Position numbers and translations under genes: made by a program. The notes under the pieces were generated by a model. It saw only the letters and a list, made by a program, of their open reading frames with translations, did no database searches and had not been told where the DNA came from. Positions 1-9,300 of a stretch of 34,761 nucleotides of DNA are shown here, piece after piece. Origin of the DNA: a bacterium (GTDB lineage Bacteria; Auribacterota; Auribacteria; Auribacterales; Auribacteraceae); NCBI GenBank assembly GCA_021161885.1, contig JAGGZS010000023.1, forward strand, positions 1 to 34,761, given 5' to 3'. Each line of letters starts with the position of its first letter. The stretch's first letter is position 1.

Positions 1-501
1 AATCCGCATTATAACAAATTTAACACTCTTTTTTATATGATTTTATTTCGCAACACTCCCATCATAATGAGCAATAAAAAACAAGGACACCTATGAAAAA
101 GCTGCCTGTCAATTAACTTTTTTATTTTTTTGTCCATCATTTTGACTTGTTGATCAAAAAAGTTCAGGTTCAGAATTAGATTATCAAGCACTTTTATTGT
201 TTCTTCAGGCAGAACTAAATCCTTGAATAACTCTGCCGAGGATTTGCCGAATACATCGGTTGCGTCAAACCGGTATTATAGTTATCGAGCAGGCAATGAA
301 TTCGAGCTTTTATGCTTGTTTTGATTTTGACGAGATAAAACCTGTGTCTCAACCATTCCCGCTGACCACGGGTTCGCTGTGAAGCGATATATTATTTCGG
401 CAAAAAAATCTACTCTTAGCAATTGAGCCTAAGTTGTCTATGACAGTAACGTGAGAATATTTCTTGTGCAGATAGATTCCGATGTAATATGATTGGTTCA
501 T
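1..501 (-). pseudogene. IS110-family transposase remnant (frameshifted, internally deleted, runs off the window edge)
   Basis: Reverse translation from ATG (499-501, AGGAAG Shine-Dalgarno (SD) sequence just upstream) gives MNQSYYIGIYLHKKYSHVTVIDNLGSI..., the IS110/DEDD N-terminal signature (IGIDLHK-type), and stops at TGA 349-351. Two other reverse frames continue with EWLRHRFYLVKIKTSIKARIHCLLDNY and VFGKSSAELFKDLVLPEETIKVLDNLILNLNFFDQQVKMMDKKIKKLI, which resemble the central part of IS110 transposases. No intact ORF appears in the track. Confidence 0.5.
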
Positions 502-648
502 GGTTGCTTCCTTTTTTTAAGTTTGCAAGACCATTATAACACCAACTGGTCTGTGCCGGGGCGGCCTTTTCATAGGTGTTGTAGATGCTAAGTAATTAGG
601 TAACGCTTTTAGTAAAAAATTATTATACTAAGCTAGGAGGATTACCTA

Positions 649-816
649 ATGAAATATCACGATATAGCAATAGTAAAACGCTGTATCCCTATTTTAAAAA
701 AATATGAACGAACAAAATCAAAAGTAACCCCCCGTCTTTTTAAATTCGTAAAAGACCTCTGTGAAGCTCATCACATATCAAAAAAGGAGATATCAAGGTT
801 GTTATCCGTCAGATAA
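649..816 (+). CDS. Small hypothetical ORF (55 aa), possibly a truncated HTH-type protein
   Basis: ATG 649-651 is preceded by AGGAGG (635-640, 8-nt spacer) and the stop is TAA 814-816. Product: MKYHDIAIVKRCIPILKKYERTKSKVTPRLFKFVKDLCEAHHISKKEISRLLSVR. It ends 11 nt before the IS3 left end, so it may be the stump of a gene disrupted by the insertion. It is below the ORF-track size cut-off. Confidence 0.25.
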   Translation: MKYHDIAIVKRCIPILKKYERTKSKVTPRLFKFVKDLCEAHHISKKEISRLLSVR

Positions 817-942
817 AGTGGGACAGATGGGACAAGTTTATTAGAGGAGACTTTCAACCGGATTATTCATGAATAATCCAGTTGAAATCTTACAGTTTTG
901 GCTCCATAATGGAAAAACATTTTTCCTGAAAGGAGTATCAAA

Positions 943-1278
943 ATGTCTCAATCTGACAAAATCGTAAAACAAATCAAAAAAGCTACCCGAAGAAAGTTTA
1001 CTGCTGAAGACAAAATACGTATTGTCCTTGAAGGTCTTCGAGGAGAAATCAGCATTTCTCAATTATGTAGACGGGAAAGTATTGCTCCATCAGTATATTA
1101 CAAATGGTCTAAATCCTTTCTTGATGCCGGTAAAAACGGTCTTACCAGAGCAACTGTCCGCAATGCTACCAGCGATGAAGTTCATCATCTAAGATCAGTG
1201 AACAACGACTTGAAACAAGCTGTTGCTAAACTCACTTTAGATATCATAAAGTATAAAAAAAGTCTGGGAATGTGGTAA
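943..1278 (+). CDS. IS3-family transposase OrfA (HTH DNA-binding subunit)
   Basis: The 111-aa product contains RRKFTAEDKIRIVLEGLRGEISISQLCRRESIAPSVYYKWSK, the classic IS3/IS911 OrfA helix-turn-helix, followed by a leucine-zipper-like C-terminus. A GGAG lies upstream of the ATG. Confidence 0.85.
   Translation: MSQSDKIVKQIKKATRRKFTAEDKIRIVLEGLRGEISISQLCRRESIAPSVYYKWSKSFLDAGKNGLTRATVRNATSDEVHHLRSVNNDLKQAVAKLTLDIIKYKKSLGMW
1255..1262 (+). promoter_or_regulatory. A7G run: likely -1 frameshift or transcriptional slippage site joining OrfA to OrfB
   Basis: AAAAAAAG lies in the OrfA/OrfB overlap. The -1 frame opens exactly here: it has TAA at 1254-1256 and then reads KKSGNVVRIKRRY. This is analogous to the A AAA AAG motif of IS3-family elements. 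The phase of the heptamer relative to OrfA is not canonical. Confidence 0.45.
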
Positions 1279-2303
1279 GAATCAAAAGAAGGTATCAAAG
1301 AATGAATTCACAAGATAAACTAAAAATTATCCGTCAAGTTGAGTCATCTCATAACATCAGCAGTGCGTTACATAGACTGGGCATAAACCGAAGTACTTAT
1401 TACAGATGGAAACATAAATTCAAATTGCTTGGTTCTGCAGGGTTATCTGACATCAACCCCATGGTTAATAAAAGATGGAACCAGTTAAGACCGAATGAAG
1501 AAGAAAAACTCTATGAACTGGCTTTATTTAAACCGGATTATTCATGCCGATAACTTGCATGGTATATTACGGATTATGAAGGGTTCAGCGTGTTAGAAAG
1601 CACCGTTTACAGGCGACTTAAGGCAAAAGGGCTTATCCCTGAACCTCGTATTAAAACGTTTGCTGCATCGCAGGAGTATAAAATCAAAACCACCGCGATC
1701 AACCAGCAATGGCAGACAGATGCCACCTACTTAAAAGTTAAACGGTGGGGATGGTTTTACTTAATCAGCGTACTTGATGATTTCAGCCGTAAAATACTTG
1801 CATGGGAATTACGATCATCAATGAGACACGAAGATTTCAGTTATGTTATAGAGCAGGCATGTGAATTTACAGGAATAGATAAAAAAGACAGTGAAAAGGA
1901 TACTTTTAACGTTAGATTAGTAACGGACAATGGTCCGGCTCTGATTAGTTCTGATTTCGCTGATTATCTGGAAGCTAAAGGGATAGGACATATATTCGCG
2001 TCACCTTATCATCGGCAAACCAACGGAAAAATTGAACGGTATCATAGGTCAGCTAAAGATAAAATATTATTGCATGTATGGGAATCACCGGACAAATTGA
2101 AAATTGAAATCGATAGGTTCATAAATTGGTATAACGGCTATCGTTATCATGAAGCTTTGGGCAATGTTACACCGGACGATGTCTATTTTGGTCGAAAAAA
2201 TTCTATACAGAATAAAAGAAAAATGCTACAAAAGAAAACTATGATAGCAAGAAAAAGGTTTAACAAAAATTCAACTGTAACAAGGGTCAAAACTCTCTCT
2301 TAA
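1272..2303 (+). pseudogene. IS3-family transposase OrfB (HTH + DDE/rve integrase core) interrupted by an in-frame TAA
   Basis: ORFs 1272-1553 and 1590-2303 share one frame and are separated only by TAA at 1551-1553 (...[30 protein letters not shown]...). The downstream part carries the DDE triad context [18 protein letters not shown] and [10 protein letters not shown]. Confidence 0.8.
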
Positions 2304-2374
2304 AATTTCAGCCGTTTTGTCCCATTCTTTCTGAAAACGTACACCGGACAGCAGTGGTTTTTTCTCAAGCCTTA

Positions 2375-2404
2375 TTGACAATATAAGGATATTTAATGTA
2401 TATT
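2375..2404 (+). promoter_or_regulatory. Candidate sigma70-type promoter for the SDR gene
   Basis: TTGACA (2375-2380), an 18-nt spacer, then TATATT (2399-2404). It lies 35 nt upstream of the ATG at 2439, and GGAG at 2425-2428 serves as the SD sequence. Confidence 0.35.
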
Positions 2405-2438
2405 TATAAAAAATTTTTAAATATGGAGAATTATAGTT

Positions 2439-3344
2439 ATGATAGCGATTACAGGCATATCCGGTTATATAGGTTTTCATCTTGCCCATTATCTTAAACA
2501 AGAAAAACAAAATTTTTTAGGACTCATAAAAAAAAACACCAATCAAGATGACATAAACCTTCTTGAACAAAATAAATTCCAATATAAATTTGTGGATTTC
2601 AACGATGAAGATACAATGGCGCAAGCTCTTAAAGATGTCGACATTATTGTCCATTTAATAGGCAGTATTTATCGTCCGAAACAAATGACTATGGAACAAA
2701 TGCACAAAGATATAACATCTATAATGGTCAGAGCGGCGATAAAAAATAAAGTAAAAAAAATAATCTATATCAGTGCAATAGGCTCAAAAAAGGATGCTGA
2801 AAGTGAATATCATAAAACAAAAGCCCTTGCCGAACAGGAAATCATCAACAGCGGTATCCCTTATGTTGTGCTGCGGCCTTCCTTGATTTTTGGAAAAATG
2901 TACGGCAGGAGAAACAGTAAACTGATAGATAAATTAGCGCAGTCAATATCTAATCTTCCGTTCATTCCTGTAATCGGATCAGGCAAAAACAAACTTCAAC
3001 CCCTTTTCGTTATGGATCTGGCAAGGTGTATTTTCGAATCAATTAACCCGAAAATAACCGGCGTTACCATAGAAATTGGGGGTCCGGAAATATTGCCTTT
3101 TGATGTAATCGCAAAAAAAATAGCCAAATCAATTAATATGGATAAAAAAACTTTAGTGAAAATTCCTAAACCTATTGCGGCTATGCTTGCGTGCGTAATG
3201 GAAAAGATAAGCGCCCAGCCGAAAATCACCAGAGACCAGATTCGCATGACCAAAAACGATAACGTATGCAGCTCAAACTTATCGGGTAAATATTTTTCGT
3301 TTACAAAAAAAAGTATGAACGATATTCTGAAGCATCTTGTTTAA
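2439..3344 (+). CDS. NAD(P)-binding atypical short-chain dehydrogenase/epimerase family protein (NmrA / NDUFA9-like)
   Basis: 301 aa. The N-terminal Rossmann motif is IAITGISGYIGFHL (GxxGxxG) and the catalytic-type motif is YHKTKALAE (YxxxK). The overall layout matches the NAD-dependent epimerase/dehydratase fold. Confidence 0.85.
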   Translation: MIAITGISGYIGFHLAHYLKQEKQNFLGLIKKNTNQDDINLLEQNKFQYKFVDFNDEDTMAQALKDVDIIVHLIGSIYRPKQMTMEQMHKDITSIMVRAAIKNKVKKIIYISAIGSKKDAESEYHKTKALAEQEIINSGIPYVVLRPSLIFGKMYGRRNSKLIDKLAQSISNLPFIPVIGSGKNKLQPLFVMDLARCIFESINPKITGVTIEIGGPEILPFDVIAKKIAKSINMDKKTLVKIPKPIAAMLACVMEKISAQPKITRDQIRMTKNDNVCSSNLSGKYFSFTKKSMNDILKHLV

Positions 3345-3379
3345 TTAAAATTTTATAAAATATTTTTATATTGTAAAAA

Positions 3380-6300
3380 TTAAGCTGCTTCATCGAAATG
3401 AGCGCTTTGGTTAATAGCATCTATAACACTGCTGTTGACCGACCTTGCGTTTGCCTCAATCCGCAGGTATTTAGCAAAATTCTGCGTAACCGACATAATT
3501 CCAAGCGATTCAACACGGTGTATGAAATCGCCTAATTTAGGCGGATTGTCTTTATTGATCGCGCGTAATCTGTCGTATACCTGCTTGATAAAATAAAGAT
3601 CAAGCTGCTCCTTAACTTTTTGTTCCAATAATGTGAATTCTGTTCCAGATACAGCCTGATGTGATATAAAATGCATAAAAACAGATGCGACATCTTGTTT
3701 TTCCACTTCTTTAGCCATAAGTTTTTTGAAAAGCAGGTCGCGAATAACCAAATCTTTTGTCCTGAATTTTTGTTCGACTTTCGCTTTAAGTTCCGTATCA
3801 AGCGAAGGCAGGACTTTGGAATAAAAAATATCCGTTAAACTGCTGTATGTAAAAATTTTTCCTTTAATAGCGTCTGCCTGCCGTATAAAATCGTTAAATA
3901 CAGCCATAATATCGCCTATTTTAGAATTACTATCTTTATCGAGTATAATACGGTCGCTAATATCTATTATTTTTATATCATTAGGAACTTTTTTAGACCC
4001 GAATGACCTTAGAATATCTATCATAAACACAGCTTTGCTATTTTCAAGCATTCCCTGCATAACCAATCCTGAATCGACAATTTGGTAACGCAATCCGTTA
4101 TTCTGTGAATACTCGGCAAGTTTTCCGCCGGGTATATCTATCATCTTAACCCTGCCGGCAATATCTGATTCGGAAAGATCGGGATACTCGGTTTTTATTA
4201 ATCCTATAAGCTCGTCAACCGATTTGACTGTAACGATGAAATCAAACAGATTGTTACTTGAATCACCTTCCCTGCGTTCAGTAGTTTTATCAAGTTCAGT
4301 TTTAAAAATGCCTGTATTTTTATCATTTAATGAAATAGCCACAAAAACAGCCTGACGCCCTTCATTTTTACGGTTTTCCATCTTAAATTTCCTGAATGTT
4401 TCTTTTAGCATAAAATTAGCCGGAGACAATTCGCCTAATATCAATTCCTTCGGGAACAAGAACAAATCGGGTTTAGACATTGTTGCCTTAATAACATTTA
4501 CGGATTTACGCAAAAGGCTTTTTGAGATTTCAAAATCAGCCTTATCAGGAACATAGTCGAAGTCGATATCAAGTTCTAACTCGAAAATTTCCCGGAGCTG
4601 TGAGATGATTTCATTAATCTCAACCGGAGATAGCGGACGGGTTTTCTTTATATTGCCCATTTTAATAATACGGTCTATCAAAGGTTTATATCTTTGGTTC
4701 TCTAACCCGTTTAATGTTAAGGTTTCTATTATGTCAGGCAGTTTATTGCCGAAATAATCTCGTAACCGCGCGGCTTTTATATTTAAGTCCGCATCAGTTA
4801 AAGCAGAATTTTCAGGCAATGATTTCAGGTATTCCCTTGCGCCTATATGGATAAGAACTTCTTCCATACCGCCTCTTAATAATGCATCGAAAAACCCCTG
4901 TCCGAGAAAAATCACTTTTTGCCCGCCAATTACGCGCGCGTCTGTAAAATGGTAACCGTTTAATGTTGTACTGATTCCGTAAGAGCCGTCATTAGAAGGT
5001 ATAACCGCTATCTTAGCTTGTTTAATGTAATCAAGCACATTTTGCAGTAATTCAGCGGTTTTCGGATTGTCTTTGTTCAATGTATTGATACGGGTTTGTA
5101 TAGAATTCATACCTATTTCAAGCATTTTCGCTTTTAATCCGCGAGGCACAAGATTTTCCACTCCGCCCGCTTCATCAATTGCCGTATTTATTATTCTGTC
5201 CGTGAATTCCTGAGCGTCAACCGCTGATTTTACAATTTCCTCTTCAGTTCCGCCTATTTGTTTCTGAACAAATTCGCTTACAAAATCCTGAATTGATAAA
5301 AGCACAGCTTTGCTTACCGGTTTCTTATCAGATAGTTTAAACTTTTCGATCACCTTGCTGTACATGCCATTTACAAATGTATCGAACTTAAGGCTATCCG
5401 CATCAAGGTTATATAATAATTGCGACACAGGTAAATCGGAATAAAGCAAAATATAGCTTCGCAGTTTTTCTATGGTAAATGAACTTACCTCTACAGGTCG
5501 CTCAATGTTTCTGTTTTTATCTATAGATTTATAAGTTGCGTTATCTGCGGGAGTTTCCATATTGTCGTCAGCCTCAAGTTCTGTCTTTGAAGTAACCGGC
5601 GCAATCTGATTGGCTATTGTATGATATTTTGCTTCCAGTTGTTGGGCATCTTCAATATTTCCGGATATCCATTTCCTTAATTCACGGGTTAGTTCAGCTC
5701 GTTTAGCATCGGTTAAATCTTGCCATGATTTATCGATAATACCAGCTATATTTAACGCTTTTTTCTGCCACAGGTGCATTTCGACCACTTCATGCATGGC
5801 TAATGTTTTATCATAGGCTTTTTCGGCGATATAGATGCAATTAAGCTCTATTCCTGCATGGGCGCGTTGTACCCCGGTTAAAACCGAAGCGTTCTTAACG
5901 ATATAAACTCTGACAGGGTTGCCGTCGTAAACTATTTCTCCAGACCGGATAAGATTGCCGGATAATACTGCTTTACGAATAGCCTTGTTCACATTGCTGT
6001 GAGAACCGGCTTTTATGCCCACATCAGCTATATTAATATCGTCTTCGTGTTCTCCCACAACGCCTCTCATGGTATTATCGCTTTTTTCTTCCTGTATATA
6101 TTGAGCATGAAAATGTTTCTGCATAAGATGCACTATCTCCGGGTCGATAAGCGACATAGTTATTGAGCCCGGATAAAATTGTTCAAGAATATTAGCGAAA
6201 TTAGTGAACGTATCGGACAACAATCCTTTACCTCTGAGTTTATCTTTATTTTCCCTTCCAAGTGAAAGGTAATTCAAATGTGTATATTTGAGTTCAGGAT

Positions 6301-9300
6301 AGATTGTAAAATCTATGAGGAATAAACCGTAATCCTGCGATAAATTACCGCGTAAAACATTGTAAAGGTTCTTTTTAATATTACCAGCCGTATCAACAAG
6401 CACGCGGAAATCTATTTTATCTTTTTGTTTTTCACTTGTAATAAGAGTAACAACCTGAGCCTCGGGAACATCTTCAAGCTGCGCCTCAACCATAACTTTA
6501 TTTGTCATAAAAGAACTATGTGTTTGAATAACTAAAGCTGTGTTCCCGTTATTAATTTCTGTTAAGGTATTCCACAAATTAGGGGCAATCCATAAAGAAA
6601 CGGGCAGTTTAGTTATGTTCTCCTGTGTTAATTCCTTATTTGCTTGTTCTATTTGTGATGCCGGTTTTTGCGGTTGTTTGGTTTGCATTTTTTTCTGTAT
6701 TTTTTGAGAGGATTTTAATTCTTCCGCAGATATTCCTTCAAGGGTTATCTCACCTTTTTGTTGATTTGTTCCGTCTTTGATGGTGCCTGTCATTTGATTA
6801 TTAAAATCAGATTCATAGGCAGCGTCAAAATATTTAGCCATTAAATGTTTGCTTGACGGATGAAGTATTTCGGCGGTTATTTTACCCGGATAATAATGTT
6901 CAAGAATATTCACAAACCGCTCAAAAGTATTTATCATCAGTTTATTGCCCTGAAGCTGATCGGTATAAACGCGTCCAATACGCATATTGTTGAAATGAAT
7001 CATATCCTCTTTGAAATATTTTCTAAATGCCAGTAAATATTCGAATTCACCATCATAATCTACTCTGCCGCTTATAATCTGTTTTATATTTTTACGCACA
7101 TAACCCGCCTTATCGGCTATAACCCTATGATCTACGTAATCGGAATTAAAATCGCTCATAATAATGACAACCATTTGATCGTCGTCTATTAATGCTAATT
7201 GGTCTGTCAGGTCTTTTCGATTCGCCGCATTGATGCCATGCGCCTGTATAACTACAGGAGGTTTACCGTTATTAATGGCTGAAAAAGCATTCCATAAATC
7301 ATCTGCAATCCAAGCCGCAGCAGGCAATTGGTCAATAGTTTCATCTTTAATTTCATATTTATCCGTTTGCTTTTGAGATATGTCAGTTTCATCGAAACCC
7401 GATTGTAAATTAATGTATACGTTTTTATTTACAAGAAATTGTTTTAAAGAATCGGCTATGTTCTCAAGTTCAGTTTTATGCCAAGTTCCTATTCTTAATA
7501 TTTTGTCTTTACCTTTATTTTGATCGATTATATCCGTTAAATCTGCGTAAGCGCTGGATAGAAAATCTAAACCGTCTACCTTATCTGATGCGAGAATTCC
7601 CTCAAAAAGCATTTTTACTGTAAAAATGTCGGTATCAAGAGTCGATGACAATTGCGGATAATTATTTTTAACTATGCCGGATACTACATTATTGAAATAC
7701 CGCGCCATAAACATTAATAAATCGGAATATTTATCTGTTGATGATACGTATCCCAAGTCGACAATAGCCGCATTATAACCTGCATCTTTATCACCGGAAA
7801 CCATTATATTGCTGGGGTTTCTGTCATAATAAAGTTTAATGAAATTGAAATTTTTATGTACTTGATACAGTGCTCCGACTCCGACTTTTAAAATATCAGA
7901 TAACCGTTTCATATATTCACTGGCTTTTTCATTTGGTTTCATCATTAACTGTCCTGAAATTATTTTGCCGTCCCTATTTTCAACCAACATAGGTTCGCCT
8001 GGCAAAACAGATTCTGTATACACATCAAAAACAGGTTCAGCAGCAATTTCCCCGGGTTTAAACGCTCGTGAAGCAACCAGCGGCACAAGATCGGTTTTTC
8101 CTTTTCCCCTTTTTTCTCCATAAGCAAGAATAAGGTTAATATTTTCTATATCGAATTTTGAATCCGGACGCCGTTTGGATTTTAAAATAAACTGCATCGG
8201 CTGGTGTTCGCCCTTAACAAAAACAGTTATTTTATGGGCATATTTAAAATAACCTCTGCCTATATAATCGATATGAATGGATTCAATCATATCTTCGGTT
8301 ATATCTTTACGGTCAAACAATACGAATAATGTTCTTCGCAAAAGATTAGTTTCCTTTAAAGACTTTGTTATTTCCTCTGTAATTTTCGGACCGTTATTGA
8401 CAAGTCCGTCCTCATTATAAAAATCGGGAAAGGTACCGTTATATTTTTCAGAATAAGTTACAGTCCACTGCATACGTTGTTTTTGTTTGGTATCCGCCAC
8501 CTTTGGCATAAACTTTTTTATAACCCGCCATCCAGCTGTTGTTTGTTCTATGCCGGCGTTATTATCAAGCATATTGTCTAACATTGTGTAGAGTTTATCG
8601 TTAAAAGATTTTGCCTTTTCCGCGATACGTTTATCTTTAGCATTGTCTATCCACCATGACAACTCCCGTCTTGCTGTTATAAAATCGGTATTGCGAGAAT
8701 ATGGAGTATCAACTAAACTTTCAAACAAATTAATAATCTCTTCAGCGTTTGGAGCGTAATCAAAAGCATATTCATGCCGGAACTGATCTAACTGGAATAA
8801 AATAAGTTTTAAATGTTCCGACTCATCACGCGATCTGAGCAGGCCGCCTATTTCTAATCCCATCGACTTAGCGAGTTTGGAAATCAACTCATCATAAGGC
8901 AATGTAATATCCATATCGTCAAGTATTCCTATCATTTTCGCAGGCAAAGTTCCGTTATCAATAAATGTTAATACATCAATTAAAAAGGCTTTATTGGAAA
9001 ACGCCGGTTTGATTTGTTCAATAAAATTTTCAAGCGGCATTTTCGCTTTCTCCAGCCCGGACAGAAGCTGTTGCAAACTTTCCCTGAACTGTACGCTTTC
9101 CCATACCTTTAATTCTGATTCATCTTTAGGGGACAACCCTGCTTCATGGAGCAGTTCATGACGCAGGAACATTTTGAATAATAACTCGATTACCACCGGA
9201 TTTTTTATTTGAAAAATAGCTTTGTTTATTCCGATAAAATTATCGTCCAGATGATTTTCAGCTATGCGAAACGATTTAGTCAGCATAACAAAATCTATTT

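Larger units (their letters stand above)
828..2324 (+). mobile_element. IS3-family insertion sequence (about 1.5 kb), transposase inactivated
   Basis: OrfA/OrfB are arranged in 0/-1 frames. The termini begin TGGGACAA on both ends (828-835; reverse complement of 2317-2324). A second similar block follows (TTAGAGGAGACTTTCAACC versus TTAAGAGAGAGTTTTGACC), and the ends show the TG...CA pattern typical of IS3. I found no flanking direct repeat, so the exact boundaries are tentative. Confidence 0.65.

Noticed and set aside
594-650. A 9-bp inverted repeat (ATTAGGTAA 595-603 / TTACCTAAT 642-650) would sequester the start codon of the 55-aa ORF.
   Set aside because: The arms are short and AT-rich with a loop of about 38 nt. 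The ORF itself is doubtful, and a chance occurrence is plausible in this composition.
841-1062. Minus-strand 73-aa ORF overlapping the IS3 left end and OrfA.
   Set aside because: It is antisense to a well-supported transposase OrfA and has no motifs or SD sequence, so it is a shadow ORF.
2271-2510. Minus-strand 79-aa ORF spanning the IS3 right end, the promoter region and the start of the SDR gene.
   Set aside because: It crosses three unrelated features, including an IS boundary, and overlaps the real SDR start, so it is implausible as a gene.
2996-3253. Minus-strand 85-aa ORF inside the SDR gene.
   Set aside because: It is antisense to a CDS with clear Rossmann and YxxxK motifs, so it is a hydrophobic shadow ORF.
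3345-3379. Possible bidirectional intrinsic terminator between the convergent genes.
   Set aside because: The spacer is almost entirely A/T (a single G), and no stem with meaningful stability can be drawn.
3532-3801. Minus-strand 89-aa ORF in a different frame within the 3' end of the giant gene.
   Set aside because: It is an out-of-frame overlap with the giant CDS on the same strand. Its translation is lysine/asparagine-rich and featureless, so it is most likely spurious.
8050-8110. GEKRGKGKT in module Y3 looked like a Walker A P-loop.
   Set aside because: The spacing does not satisfy [AG]xxxxGK[ST]. It lies in a loop between the kinase-like strand-3 and the hinge, so it is probably just a basic, glycine-rich linker.
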